Below are positions 18,643 through 29,400 of a stretch of DNA of 64,000 bases, in pieces. A program made the translations under genes and the position numbers. Each line of letters starts with the position of its first letter. The stretch's first letter is position 1. The stretch comes from Elusimicrobiota bacterium (GTDB taxonomy: Bacteria; Elusimicrobiota; Elusimicrobia; UBA1565), in the NCBI GenBank assembly GCA_043827405.1, contig JBDRPD010000083.1, positions 96,001-160,000 of the forward strand. The letters run 5' to 3'. The notes beneath the pieces are model-generated. The model was not told where the DNA came from, did no database searches, and saw nothing but the letters and a program-made list of their open reading frames with translations.

Positions 18643-20039
18643 AAAGGGTTATCGTTGCCGCGATGCTGCTGCTGCACGCCGCCGCGCCGGAGGTTTTTGC
18701 CGCGCTGGAAGAGGTCGGCTTTACCGCCCGTTCGACGGCTATGGGCGACGCGCTGACCGCCGACACCGGGGGGCTGGCGGGTTTGACGCTCAATCCCGCG
18801 ACGATCGGGCAGCTGCGGCGCGCCGAGATCGCCTTCGGCATCCGCCGGCTGTTCGACATCCCGGCCGGGAGAACGGATATCAACGGGATGAACTTCGGCG
18901 CGGCGTCGTCGCTGAAGTCCTATGGAATTCCCGGCGCGGTCGGCTTGTCTTGGAGCCATGACACGGTCCGCCCCGTCTCGCTCGACCGCGTGTTGGGGCT
19001 GACCTACGCTTCCAAATCCTGGCGGGAGTTCGGCCCCGGCGTGTTCGATATCGGTCTCACGGCGAAGCTGCTCAAGCGCGGGGGACGGGAAATAGGAGGA
19101 AGCTTCTCCAAGGTGTCTGTCGACGCCGGGACGTTCTACCGCTGGGGCGAGCGGCAGGCGGTTGGTTTTTCGCTGCTCAATCTCAACAGCCCGAAGACCA
19201 ACCTGCAGACGCCGCAGGGGAGCTATACCGACAAGGCTCCCGTCACCGCCAAGCTCGGCTATGTTCAGCGGGTGCGGCGTTTTACCGTCGCCCTGGATCT
19301 CTCGCGGCGCGGTCCCAGCGGCGGTTTTGGTACGACCTCGTCCGCTTCGGCGGGCGTCGAGCATGGCTGGGGTACGGCGAAGTACGGTTCTTTTACCGGA
19401 CGTTCCGGTCTAATCCTGTCGACGCGGGTGCGCTCCTGGAGTTTGGGCGGGGGATGGAACGCCCTCGGCACGCATGTGGACTACGCGGTGCGTATTCCGC
19501 TTTCCGGCGGCTCGCGCTGGAGCCATATGGTGACTCTCTCCTATCGTTTCGGCGAGTGGGACCCGGAGGTCGAGTACGAGAAGATCCTCAGCGACGAGAT
19601 GCGCTACCGCGGCGACCTGACGCAGGCGCTCGAATCGGCGGAAATTAAGCAGTGGAAACTGGCGGAAGAACTTCGCATCATGCGCGGCGAGATCGAGGAT
19701 CTGCAGCAGGCCCTCGCGGTCCAGACGTCCAAGACCGGGGAAGCCAAGGAGAAAATGCAGCGGGCGCAGCAGCAGCTTAAGGTCAAGCAGCTCGAGGAGC
19801 AGCGTCAGCGGGCGGCGCAGAGTCTGCGGCGGCTTAAGGAACAGCAGAAGCTTTTGCGCGAGCAGGATCGAGTCAATCGCCTAAAGGATGAGTGGATCGC
19901 CTACCAGAAGCTTAAAGAGCAGGGTGTCTCCGAGCTCGTTCTCATTGATCGCCTCAAGAAGATCCTGCGCCAGTTCAAGGGCCAGGGGGTGGACCTCGGG
20001 CAGGTACAGCGCGAGCTTAACCGGCTGATGGGGAGATAG
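18639..20039 (+). CDS. PorV/PorP-like outer-membrane beta-barrel with C-terminal coiled coil
   Basis: Signal peptide; 'ARSTAMGDA...NPA' motif; amphipathic strands ending LSYRF; then about 160 aa of Q/E/K/R heptads. Confidence 0.62.
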   Translation: MKRVIVAAMLLLHAAAPEVFAALEEVGFTARSTAMGDALTADTGGLAGLTLNPATIGQLRRAEIAFGIRRLFDIPAGRTDINGMNFGAASSLKSYGIPGAVGLSWSHDTVRPVSLDRVLGLTYASKSWREFGPGVFDIGLTAKLLKRGGREIGGSFSKVSVDAGTFYRWGERQAVGFSLLNLNSPKTNLQTPQGSYTDKAPVTAKLGYVQRVRRFTVALDLSRRGPSGGFGTTSSASAGVEHGWGTAKYGSFTGRSGLILSTRVRSWSLGGGWNALGTHVDYAVRIPLSGGSRWSHMVTLSYRFGEWDPEVEYEKILSDEMRYRGDLTQALESAEIKQWKLAEELRIMRGEIEDLQQALAVQTSKTGEAKEKMQRAQQQLKVKQLEEQRQRAAQSLRRLKEQQKLLREQDRVNRLKDEWIAYQKLKEQGVSELVLIDRLKKILRQFKGQGVDLGQVQRELNRLMGR

Positions 20040-20046
20040 GCGCGTC

Positions 20047-21489
20047 TTAGAACCGGAAGTAAAGGAACTCTTGGGACGTGAACTCGCCCAGCAGCAGCAC
20101 CGCCCACGTCGCCGCCAGATAGAAACTCCAGCGGATCAGGACGCCGCGCCGCGCGATGGAGCGTTCGATGTCCTCGCGTCCGGCGAGCAGGTAGACGGCT
20201 TCCATCGCGGCGAGCGCGCAGAGGACCGTCGTAAAGTCGTGCTCACTCCAGACCGGGCCGAATGAGAAGCCTCGCACGAGCGCCGCGGGCGCGCTGAGTA
20301 TTTTGCGGATAATCAGCCAGGCCGAGCGCAAGCTCTCGGCGCGAAAGAGTATCCAGCCGACACCGACCAGGTGGAAGGTGAACAGCGTCTTAAAAGCGCG
20401 CGCCGCAAAAGAATCACCGAGGGATTTTAGCTCGATCTTGGCGTCCAGAACGAGCAGCAGTCCGTGGTAGGCGCCCCAAACGGCGAAGGTCCAATTGGCG
20501 CCGTGCCATAGCCCGCTGGCCAAAAACACCGCCATTAGGATCAGCGTGTGGGCCGCCCTGGCGGCTGCCCCGTCGGCCGCCGCCCAGCGTATGTATAAGG
20601 GAACGAAAAGATAGTCGCGTATCCATGTGGACAGCGATATGTGCCACCGCCGCCAAAACTCCGAGATGGACCGCGCGGTGTAGGCCCGATTAAAGTTCTC
20701 GGTCAGATCGTAGCCCATAATTCGGGCCGAGCCGATGGCAATATCGGTGTAGGCCGAGAAATCGCAATAGATTTGAAAAGTGAAGCAGTAGGCCGCCAGC
20801 AGCAAGTCCGCCGGGGAAGCGGATGCCGGCGCGCCGAAGGCCGTGTCGACAAAAACCGCCAGCCGGTCTGCGATCACGAGCTTCTTGTAGAAGCCCCAGA
20901 GGATGCGGATCAGGCCGGCGCGCAGGCGCTCATAGTCGAAAACCTGTTCCTTCTTCAGTTGGGGCAGCAGGTGTTCCGGACGTTCGATCGGCCCCGCGAC
21001 GAGCTGGGGAAAAAACGCGACATAGAGCGCGAACATCCCCAGGTGCTTTTCGGGCTTGATCCGCCCCCAGTACACCTCGATGGTGTAGCTCAGAGTCTGG
21101 AAGGTATAGAACGATATTCCTATGGGGAGCAGGACGTCGAATGCCGGCAGATCGTAAAGCAGGTTCCCCCGGCTAAACAGCGCCTCGAGCGAGGCGCAGG
21201 CGAAATTGAGGTATTTGAACGCGAAGAGCAGGCCGAGGTTCGCGGCGAGACTGAAGATCAGATAGGGGCGGCGCGCGCTTTTGCTCTTCAGCGCGCCCAT
21301 CTTCAGGCCCGCGAAGTAATCAATTAGAGTCGAAGCGAGAATCAGGAGGATATACTCGACCTTCCAGCACATGTAGAAGTAGTAGCTCGCCGCCAGGAGC
21401 AGAATCCAGCGGCGGCGCGGCGGCAGCAGGAAATAAATGGCGATGACGGCGGGGAGGAAAACGGCGAACAGGAGCGAGTTGAAAAGCAT
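20047..21489 (-). CDS. MBOAT O-acyltransferase (AlgI/PatA-like)
   Basis: LPIGISFYTFQ, FFPQLVAGPIER, DFSAYTDIAIG, FWRRWHISLS, GLWHGANW. Confidence 0.95.
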   Translation of the reverse strand: MLFNSLLFAVFLPAVIAIYFLLPPRRRWILLLAASYYFYMCWKVEYILLILASTLIDYFAGLKMGALKSKSARRPYLIFSLAANLGLLFAFKYLNFACASLEALFSRGNLLYDLPAFDVLLPIGISFYTFQTLSYTIEVYWGRIKPEKHLGMFALYVAFFPQLVAGPIERPEHLLPQLKKEQVFDYERLRAGLIRILWGFYKKLVIADRLAVFVDTAFGAPASASPADLLLAAYCFTFQIYCDFSAYTDIAIGSARIMGYDLTENFNRAYTARSISEFWRRWHISLSTWIRDYLFVPLYIRWAAADGAAARAAHTLILMAVFLASGLWHGANWTFAVWGAYHGLLLVLDAKIELKSLGDSFAARAFKTLFTFHLVGVGWILFRAESLRSAWLIIRKILSAPAALVRGFSFGPVWSEHDFTTVLCALAAMEAVYLLAGREDIERSIARRGVLIRWSFYLAATWAVLLLGEFTSQEFLYFRF

Positions 21490-21490
21490 C

Positions 21491-22405
21491 CTACCGCGAC
21501 TCCATGAGGCAGGGCTTGAGATAGCGCGCGCTGAACAGCTCCACCCCCGCGGTATTCAGGTGCTCCGGATTTGAGTAGCTTTCGAGATCGGGCATCGCTG
21601 TCCGGAAATCGTGGTAGGGGACGTTGTGCCGCATCCGAAACAGCTCCAGGAAGCCCAGCCAACGGTCAAGACCGCCGGGCGCGAGTTCGATGTGCGAGTT
21701 ATAGGCGGCGGGCAGGAGCACGATATGAACTTCGGAGCCGTGGCGCTGAGCCAGGGCGGCCGTTTCCTCCAGCTCGCGGACGTACCTCTCAAAGTGCGGT
21801 ATGGGGCCGGGAAAGGTGAGGCTGCCCAGCCGCGTCTCGATTTCCGCTATCGAGATGGCGGTCATTTTTTCGTCGTCGCGGCCGGACAGGTATGGACGCC
21901 GCCGGTAGGGCGGCGCGAAACGCTTGAGAAAGTAGCCGAGCAGCCGGCGGGGGCGCAGTCCGGCGCGCAGCGCGTGCGGCAGGATTCCGAGGCGCAGGGG
22001 TTCGTCTTCCAGGAAATTGTGGTCCTCATTGGTTTCGGGGCCGAGGAGATTGAAGAAGTCGAGGAAAATGAGGACTTTGTCCGCCTGGTTGCCGCGGGCA
22101 TAGAAGTAGGATAGGAGGATGCGCGCCGGAACGATTCCGGCGCCGTCTTCGGATAGGTTGACGATTTTCTTGTCGAGGATTTTCTCGACCCGGCCGTGAT
22201 TGCCGTATTGGGAAAAGGCCCGTCCGCGCGAGGAGCCGAGAAAGACCAGATCGGTCCGGGTGTCGCGGGGCACGAAATACAGCACCTGCTTCGACGCGCC
22301 GGGCTCCGCCGGAGTGTAGCCATGCTCGACGTAGGCGGCCGCGGCCGCATAGATGGCGGCGTTTAACGTCAGGTACAGCGTTAGCTTGGTGAGCGCGCGC
22401 TTCAT
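21491..22405 (-). CDS. Membrane-anchored SGNH-like partner of the MBOAT (AlgJ/PatB/DltD-like)
   Basis: N-terminal TM; block I LGSSR; C-terminal NPEHLN; adjacent to the MBOAT on the same strand. Confidence 0.65.
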   Translation of the reverse strand: MKRALTKLTLYLTLNAAIYAAAAAYVEHGYTPAEPGASKQVLYFVPRDTRTDLVFLGSSRGRAFSQYGNHGRVEKILDKKIVNLSEDGAGIVPARILLSYFYARGNQADKVLIFLDFFNLLGPETNEDHNFLEDEPLRLGILPHALRAGLRPRRLLGYFLKRFAPPYRRRPYLSGRDDEKMTAISIAEIETRLGSLTFPGPIPHFERYVRELEETAALAQRHGSEVHIVLLPAAYNSHIELAPGGLDRWLGFLELFRMRHNVPYHDFRTAMPDLESYSNPEHLNTAGVELFSARYLKPCLMESR

Positions 22406-22536
22406 AGCTTACGGCTATTAAAGTAAATCAGGGCGGCTGAGTTTCTGTAACAACTCCGTTATAGATTTTACGCCGCGGTCTGTTAATATGATGAAGCCGA
22501 GCGGCGTCCCGCAGGGGACGGCGCTCGTTTAGATAT

Positions 22537-24393
22537 ATGAAGCCGGAAGATCTCCAGAGCGAACTCGACGAACTATGGAAGCGCGTCAGCTCCGGTCCCG
22601 TGCCTATGGCGTTGGGGGCGGGCGCGCTGCCGCCCGTGCCGATCAGCGGCGGGGATATATCGTCGATGACGCGCGATGCTTCGCTCGAGGCCGTCTCCTA
22701 CCTGCGGCGCCAGCACGATGCGGAGCTGCTTCGCCTGCGGCAATTCTCCGAGCTCAAAGACCGGACGGTCCGCGAGCTGACTGATCGGCTGCGGGCGGCG
22801 GAACAGGAGATTTCCAGCCTGCGCGCGAAGTCCATGCGAGGTGACGCCGCGATCGTGCAGCATATGGAGGGCGCCGCCGCCGAACTGGCGGATGCCAAAA
22901 AGATGCTGCAGATCCAGGATGAGCGGTTCGCCGAAGAGGAGAAGATTTTACGCGGCGTCGCGGAGAGTACGCGCCAACAGCTGGCCGCGGAGACGGCGCG
23001 CTGGCGCGAGCTGGAGCGCCAGTGGAATGAGCGCGAGCAGCAGTATCTGCTCGATATCCGTGAGCTCCAGGCGCGCGCCGAGCGCTCGACCGAGGAAGCC
23101 GCCGCGCAGGAGGGCCGCAGCCGCCATGCCCTCAACGATTTGCGGGAGGCGAAAAACGCTATTGAGCGGACGCTGGCGGAGCTCCTCCAGGAGCGCAAGG
23201 AGCGCGAGCAGTCCAATGGGGAGCGCGATAAGGCGCTCGGCCGGGTGCGCGAGATTGAGGACCATATGAAGGGGCTGCAGCAGCTGTGGGATGAAGAGCG
23301 TTCGCAGTGGCAGGAGCTGTGGGATCGTGAGCGCTCCACCTGGGACTCGCAGCGCAAGGAGTACGCCAAGTGGGAAGGGACGCTGCGCAGCGAGCGTAAG
23401 GAATGGCATGAAACGCTTTCTTCGCTGCGTGAGCGCGAGTCCAAGTTCCACGAGACGATGGCGGAAAGCCTGCGCAAGTCCTCCGCTGTCGGCGAGAAGA
23501 TTACCAGCATGCTGCAGTTCGCCGCGTCCAAGGCGGTGGACGTCATCTCGTCCAAGCCGGGAGCCTCGGGCGCCGCCGTCGTGCCGGGGATGGCCGCGAC
23601 GCGGGTCGCGCCGCCGCGGCCGATGAGCTGGAAGAAGATGCTGTCCGCCGCCGTCGTCGTCGCCGTGCTGCTGTCCGCTTATCCGTTGTGGCAGCATGCT
23701 CACCGGCTGCGCTTTGAGCTGGTTGAGTCGCATGTGCTGCCGGCGGATAATCCGACGGGGATGGCATACGACGGCAATGTCCTGATGCTGTCCGACTGGA
23801 GCGGCACCATTTATTCACTCGACCCGGAAGAGCCCTCGGATATCATTTCCCAGCAGAGGGTGAAAGAATCCGGAGTCTATCATCCCAACGCGGCCGCGAT
23901 CTGGGGCGACGCGCTGTATACGTTGGACGCGGCGCAGAGTCGCATCCTCCGCCACCCTCTCACTTCCCCGGCCAAGATCGCGCTCTCCTGGCCGGCGCCG
24001 GGGCCGGCGCCGGTTACGCTGACCCATGACGGACAGAACCTCTGGTCCTACGATGCCGCTACGCGCGTAGTGTACCGGCACTTGGGAGAGGGCAAGGACT
24101 CTGAAGTAGAACCCTATAAGCTCGAGCTGGATATCCTGCCGAGCGCCATTACCTGGTTTAAAGATGAGCTGTGGGTCTACGACGCGAAAAGCCGCCATAT
24201 CATGCTGTTTGAGGTCGACGGCAAGAATTTGGATCTGCTGCGTTCGAAAGAGCTGGCGACGCCGCTGCAGTCGATTCTGCTCACCTACCGCGCCGACAAA
24301 GAAGGCAAGCAGCACCTCGAGCTTTGGGGCCTGCATGCTCCGACCGAGGGCGCGGAGCCGCCGGCGCTTAAAAAGTACCGCATAAAACGCTAG
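22537..24393 (+). CDS. Bitopic protein: long coiled coil, TM helix, C-terminal beta-propeller-like domain
   Basis: About 290 aa of E/R/Q heptads; TM 'MLSAAVVVAVLLSAYPLW'; repeats like 'PTGMAYDG', 'LTHDGQNLWSYD', 'ITWFKDELWVYD'. Confidence 0.7.
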   Translation: MKPEDLQSELDELWKRVSSGPVPMALGAGALPPVPISGGDISSMTRDASLEAVSYLRRQHDAELLRLRQFSELKDRTVRELTDRLRAAEQEISSLRAKSMRGDAAIVQHMEGAAAELADAKKMLQIQDERFAEEEKILRGVAESTRQQLAAETARWRELERQWNEREQQYLLDIRELQARAERSTEEAAAQEGRSRHALNDLREAKNAIERTLAELLQERKEREQSNGERDKALGRVREIEDHMKGLQQLWDEERSQWQELWDRERSTWDSQRKEYAKWEGTLRSERKEWHETLSSLRERESKFHETMAESLRKSSAVGEKITSMLQFAASKAVDVISSKPGASGAAVVPGMAATRVAPPRPMSWKKMLSAAVVVAVLLSAYPLWQHAHRLRFELVESHVLPADNPTGMAYDGNVLMLSDWSGTIYSLDPEEPSDIISQQRVKESGVYHPNAAAIWGDALYTLDAAQSRILRHPLTSPAKIALSWPAPGPAPVTLTHDGQNLWSYDAATRVVYRHLGEGKDSEVEPYKLELDILPSAITWFKDELWVYDAKSRHIMLFEVDGKNLDLLRSKELATPLQSILLTYRADKEGKQHLELWGLHAPTEGAEPPALKKYRIKR

Positions 24394-24401
24394 TCTTTTC
24401 C

Positions 24402-26375
24402 ATGGCCAAGCGCAGGCGCGTAAAGCCGGCTGCCGACAGGCCGCCGACGGGGAATGACGCCGTTCCTGTTTCCCGCCGGGAAGCGGCGGCGGTCGGCGCG
24501 GTGCTGCTGCTCTGTGTCGCGTTTTTGTGCCTAACGCATATCCGCGACGCCGATACCTGGTGGCATCTCAAAACGGGGGAGCTGATCTGGCGCAGCGGCA
24601 TCCCACGCACCGACCCATTTTCCTATATCATCGGCGGCCGTCCCTGGCTCGCTTTCGAATGGCTCAGCCAGGTGATCTTCTACCCGCTTTTTCGCTTCGG
24701 CGGCGCGGCCGCCCTAACCGGCTTTAAGACGTTGGTGCTGGGAGCGGCTTTTCTGCTGTTGTGGCTGGTGCATCGAGAACGGCCAGTCCTCTCGGCGGCG
24801 GTGATCTTTGTCGCGGCTCTTGCCTGTCGGAATTCCTTTGTGGAGCGGCCGTGGATTTTCGATTTTCTCTTTGTCGCCGCGCTGACCGCGGCGTTTTGGC
24901 GCATAAGCTTCCGTGAGCCGCCTCGACACCTGCGCTGGAGCCTGCCGTTGGCGACGGCGCTATGGGCCAACCTGCACGGCGGCGCCGCCGTGCTGGCGCC
25001 CGTGCTCATCGCGGCGGCGGCCGGCGCCGAATGGCTGCGGGAGCGCCGGGTGCCGCTTGTTTTTTGGGGGCAGACCGCGGCGCTGTCGACGGCGGCACTC
25101 GCGGTGAATCCGCACGGGATCGCCATCATCGCGCATCTCTGGAAGACGGTGGATTTTCCTGCCAAGGAGCTTATTACGGAATGGCATGCTCCGACATGGG
25201 AACTGCGGGGCTTGTACGGGGCGTTTCTCGTCGCGGCCGCCGCGTCCTGGCTGCCGATGGCGCGGCGCCGGCCTTTCGCCGCGGCCTGGCTTCTGGTTCT
25301 GGGTGCGTCGTCTCTCCTAATAAGAAGGAATATCCCGCTGTTTCTCATCGCCGCGGTTCCGGCGATTGTGGATGCGGCGGGGGCTTTCGCCGGCCGCCGG
25401 CTTGCCGGCCGGACTGCGGCGGCCGCCGTTTGTCTGCTGATGCCCGCCGCGCTGTGGGCGCATACGCGCTATGCCAATGTCCTGCATTTTCGTCATTTGG
25501 GAATCGGCGCCGAGCCGGAGTTCGTAAAGGCGCTCGCATTTCTCGATGAGGTGGGGATAGAAGGCCGCATGTTTAATGAGTATGAGTCGGGGGGGCCCAT
25601 TATTTGGAACGCGGGACCGCGCCGGAAGGTGTTCGTAGACGGGCGCAGTCTTGAATACGGCTCGGCGCATGTACGCGCCGCGATGAATTGGTTCCGACCT
25701 GAGGTTTGGGCGCAGCTGGACGCCAAGTACGAATTCGATTACGCGCTGGTGCGCCGGCATACGCGGGGCTGGTATACACCGCAGGCGCTCGACCGTGATC
25801 CATCCTGGCGGCTGGTCTACTGGGATGATGAGTCCCTGGTCTATCTCAAGGTGAAGCGCGCGTATGCCGCGCTGCTGCGCGAGCACGGCTACTTATTGCT
25901 CAGGCCCGGGATGGGCTCACACCAATACCTCGAGCCGCTGCTCCGGGAGCCGGCGACGGCCGCCGCGCTCTTGGCGGAGCTTAAGCGCGCTCTGGCCCGG
26001 ACTCCCGACTGCGTCAACGCGCTCCTTATGACGGCTTACGTGCAGGCGCGCCGGGGAGACCTTACGGCGGCCGAGGCCGCGGCGCAACGTGCCGTCGCCG
26101 CGGCTCCCGAGCGCGCCCAACCGCGCTTGACTTTCGCCTGGGTTCTTGCCGCCGCAGGGAGTCTGGACCGTGCGCGTGCCGCCTACCTAAGCGCCTTGGA
26201 CTGCGTCGAACTGTGGGAGCGCGCCACTATCGGCGCCGACGTGCTCAATAACCTCGGTCGGGTCGAGGAGCGCCGGGGCGATGAGCGCCAAGCCATCCGT
26301 TATTATCGGCGCGCTCTGCGCTGGAACTCCAAGCAGGGTGACGCCCGTCACAGTCTGCGGCGGCTAAGCAGTTAA
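24402..26375 (+). CDS. Polytopic membrane protein (GT-C-like) with C-terminal TPRs
   Basis: DTWWHL loop after TM1, WANLHGG, many TMs, VFVDGR soluble domain; TPR 'VLNNLGRV...AIRYYRRAL'. Confidence 0.65.
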   Translation: MAKRRRVKPAADRPPTGNDAVPVSRREAAAVGAVLLLCVAFLCLTHIRDADTWWHLKTGELIWRSGIPRTDPFSYIIGGRPWLAFEWLSQVIFYPLFRFGGAAALTGFKTLVLGAAFLLLWLVHRERPVLSAAVIFVAALACRNSFVERPWIFDFLFVAALTAAFWRISFREPPRHLRWSLPLATALWANLHGGAAVLAPVLIAAAAGAEWLRERRVPLVFWGQTAALSTAALAVNPHGIAIIAHLWKTVDFPAKELITEWHAPTWELRGLYGAFLVAAAASWLPMARRRPFAAAWLLVLGASSLLIRRNIPLFLIAAVPAIVDAAGAFAGRRLAGRTAAAAVCLLMPAALWAHTRYANVLHFRHLGIGAEPEFVKALAFLDEVGIEGRMFNEYESGGPIIWNAGPRRKVFVDGRSLEYGSAHVRAAMNWFRPEVWAQLDAKYEFDYALVRRHTRGWYTPQALDRDPSWRLVYWDDESLVYLKVKRAYAALLREHGYLLLRPGMGSHQYLEPLLREPATAAALLAELKRALARTPDCVNALLMTAYVQARRGDLTAAEAAAQRAVAAAPERAQPRLTFAWVLAAAGSLDRARAAYLSALDCVELWERATIGADVLNNLGRVEERRGDERQAIRYYRRALRWNSKQGDARHSLRRLSS

Positions 26376-26475
26376 TCCCGTTCCGCAACACTTTCTTTAC
26401 TATCCATTAACAATTAAGCAACTCCTGGGACTTAGACTCATTATGTAGAGAGTCGCGCCAGGGTTTATTCACAAC

Positions 26476-29400
26476 ATGATATCGCATCAGCTTCGTGTGC
26501 TCTTCACTGCGGGCCTCCTTTCCGTGCTCGCGTCGAGCGCCTATGCGCAGCAGGTTTTTCTTGAGCGCATGTGGGTGCACGACCGCGGCAAGAACTGCGC
26601 GGCCACGGCGACCAACGATCAGTTTAATTGCTGGTCCGGCATACCCGGCACCGCGCCGATCGAGCCGGTGAATCACGGCAACATCTCCAACGACCCCCGC
26701 ATCGAGTTCGACACCACGGTCGATCCGGCCTGCGAAGCGCTGCCGCTGGGGATGCTCCCTACCGGCGACGACCACAATAATGTCTGCAATAACTCGGTCG
26801 CCCTGTGCACGCAGGTGGGCTACGCCAACCAGCAGGACGCCGGGGCCACGCCGTTCGCTCTGGACTTTATATCGTTCGAGCTGTTCAAGTTTACGGAGGG
26901 CGCCAACCCGCTCGATGCCGGCTCGACGCCGCCCCTGCGGACGTTCTTCGTCGATAACCCGGGTATTATCCCGGGCGGTCAGAATTCCTCGACGCTGCCG
27001 TTGGTGCCGGTCTGCGTTATTTGGGACGGCGATATAAACATCAAGGGGGAGTTCGGCAAGTCCAACGGCCAGTACGGCTTCCGCGCGACGGTCGCGACCA
27101 ACCAGACCGGGGCCAGCGGTAATATCAATATCACCCAGACCCGGGCTTATCCCGGCGGCTTCACTAAGGACCGCAACGACAATGAAGTCGACCAGAAACC
27201 CATCAAGGTCGATGTCGTTAATGTCCACGTGGTGCGGACCTCGCCCACGGTCGTGGGGTCACTGACCGGGGTCGCGGCCCAGCCCTACAATATTACTTAC
27301 CGGCTAGCGAAGGATGCGACGACCTATGTCAAAATCCATCAGGGTTCGGGTGATACCGTGCGCACCATTGTGCCGGGTTCGGCGCGGGTAGGCGAAGGCA
27401 TTCCCGACGGGACGCTGCAGAACGGCGACTCCTGGAACGGCCGCTTTGACAATGGAGCGCTCGGTCCTCCCGGAGTCTACCTCGCTTCCATCCAGGGAGT
27501 GGGGGTGGATCAGTTCGGCCTCGACCTGAGCCAGGCGGTCACCCGACAGGTGTCGCTCGATACTCTGCTGATCACGGATCTGCGCACGCAGTCGTTGACC
27601 GCCCAGTCCACCTCGTTGGCGGTCCTGAGCTATATGCTGACCGAACCGGCGACCGCTTATGTCGATATCTATCCGCCGGGAACCTATTTTGAAAACGGGC
27701 TCAACAACCTCAATCAGATGCAGGACGCGCGGCCGATCGCCAACGGGGGCAGCGCCGAGGAGCAGGCGCTTTACAACGCCGGAGTCCGGAAATATTTCGC
27801 GCCGCGCCTCAACGGTAATCCGGTCCTGCCGGTGCGGCATTTTGTGGAGCAGAAGGAGTTTCGCAAGTCGGTCATCACCTTCTGGGACGGACGCGATACC
27901 AACGGTCTGGTGCAGCCCGACGGCGACTATGTTTTTGTCGTCTACGCCGCGCTGCCGTCGCAGAACGGCTTCGATTACGTCGACGGCAGCCGGCGTATCT
28001 GGTCGTCGAACGCCCGCAGCGGCTTCCTGACAATTTCCCGCGGGCAGGTAACCATCAGTCAGGTCGGACCGTCTTCGACGGTGGTCGGCTCGTCGCCGCC
28101 GGTGGCCGGGCTTAATCCATTTTCGTTTACCTATTCCTTGTCGCGTGAGGCTTTTGTGTCGCTGAGGATTCTGGACCATACCGGCACGCGGCTGGTGAAG
28201 ACTCTGGTAGAGAACCAGGTGCGGCCCGGTAATTTCCTCAATCGCGAGAGTTGGACGATGCCGACCGACAACGACGGTCTGTATGTCAGTTCGGGCAACT
28301 ACCTGGTGCAGCTGACGGCGCAGGACCCGTTCTTTCCGGCCAAAGTATCGACAACTTCGGCGCTGTTTCCCGTCAATTTGTTTCGCATAACCGACGTGCT
28401 GACGTCGCCGCTGCTGACCGGCACGACGGATGTGGTCACGATCACGTATCAATTGACTCAGCCGATGAACGTGCAGTGGAACATCTACCAGCCGGGGACG
28501 GTCATCTCGGGGTCGTCGACAACCTGGCCGCCCTGTGCGCGGATGACCGCGGGATCGTGCTCGCAGATCACCAACGGCAGCGCCAACGCCCTGCCGATCG
28601 CCACGGTCAAGGGGCTGCGTCCGGAACGGCTGCGGATCACGGAGTTCTGGGACGGGCGCGACGGCGACGGCCTGTTTGTTCCCGACGGCAACTATGTCTA
28701 TACGCTGACCGCGCAGTCGACGACGACCCCCAAGTATTTCGCCGCCGACAAGGTTTTTGGCACGCTGACGGTGGCCCGCGGCTCCATTGTTTTCCCGATA
28801 TTCAATATTACGCCGACCTTCCCGACGTTGTTTAACTCGAGCCAGACTATCTCGCTGCCGCCCTACGAGGTCGACTACTCGCTGACCCGGCAGTCGTCGG
28901 TTACGATTCAGGTGCTCAGTACGGACTTTAGTCCGCGCGTGGTGCGTACGCTCATCTCGGGCCAGGTGCGCGACGCCCATACCCTGAACCGGGAGTTCTG
29001 GGATGCGCGCGACAACAACGGCAACTTCGTGTCGGCCGGCTTCTATACGGTGCGGGCGGTGGCGGATGATTTGGCCTCAGTGCTGTCGTCGGGCTCGACG
29101 GCCCAGCAGACGGTATCGGCGGATCCGCTGCGCATATACGACGTGGCCATTAGTCCGCTGCGCGCGGATTTCGGCACCGCGCTGGTCGCCTATCAGGTAT
29201 CGGAGACGATGAAGGTGGCGATCAAGATCTATAAGCCGGGTACGATCTTTGATCCGAACGGAAATCCAACGCCGCCGGAGACTCTCAGCCTCATTAAACG
29301 CATCGTCGGGGTGCGCGCGGCGCGCACGGAAATCAGCGAGAACTGGGACGGCACCGACGAGACGATGAGCCTGGTGACGGACGGCAACTATCTGTTTAAG

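Noticed and set aside
27304..28980. 558-aa minus-strand ORF
   Set aside because: Shadow of the FlgD-repeat gene; Arg-rich composition typical of non-coding frames
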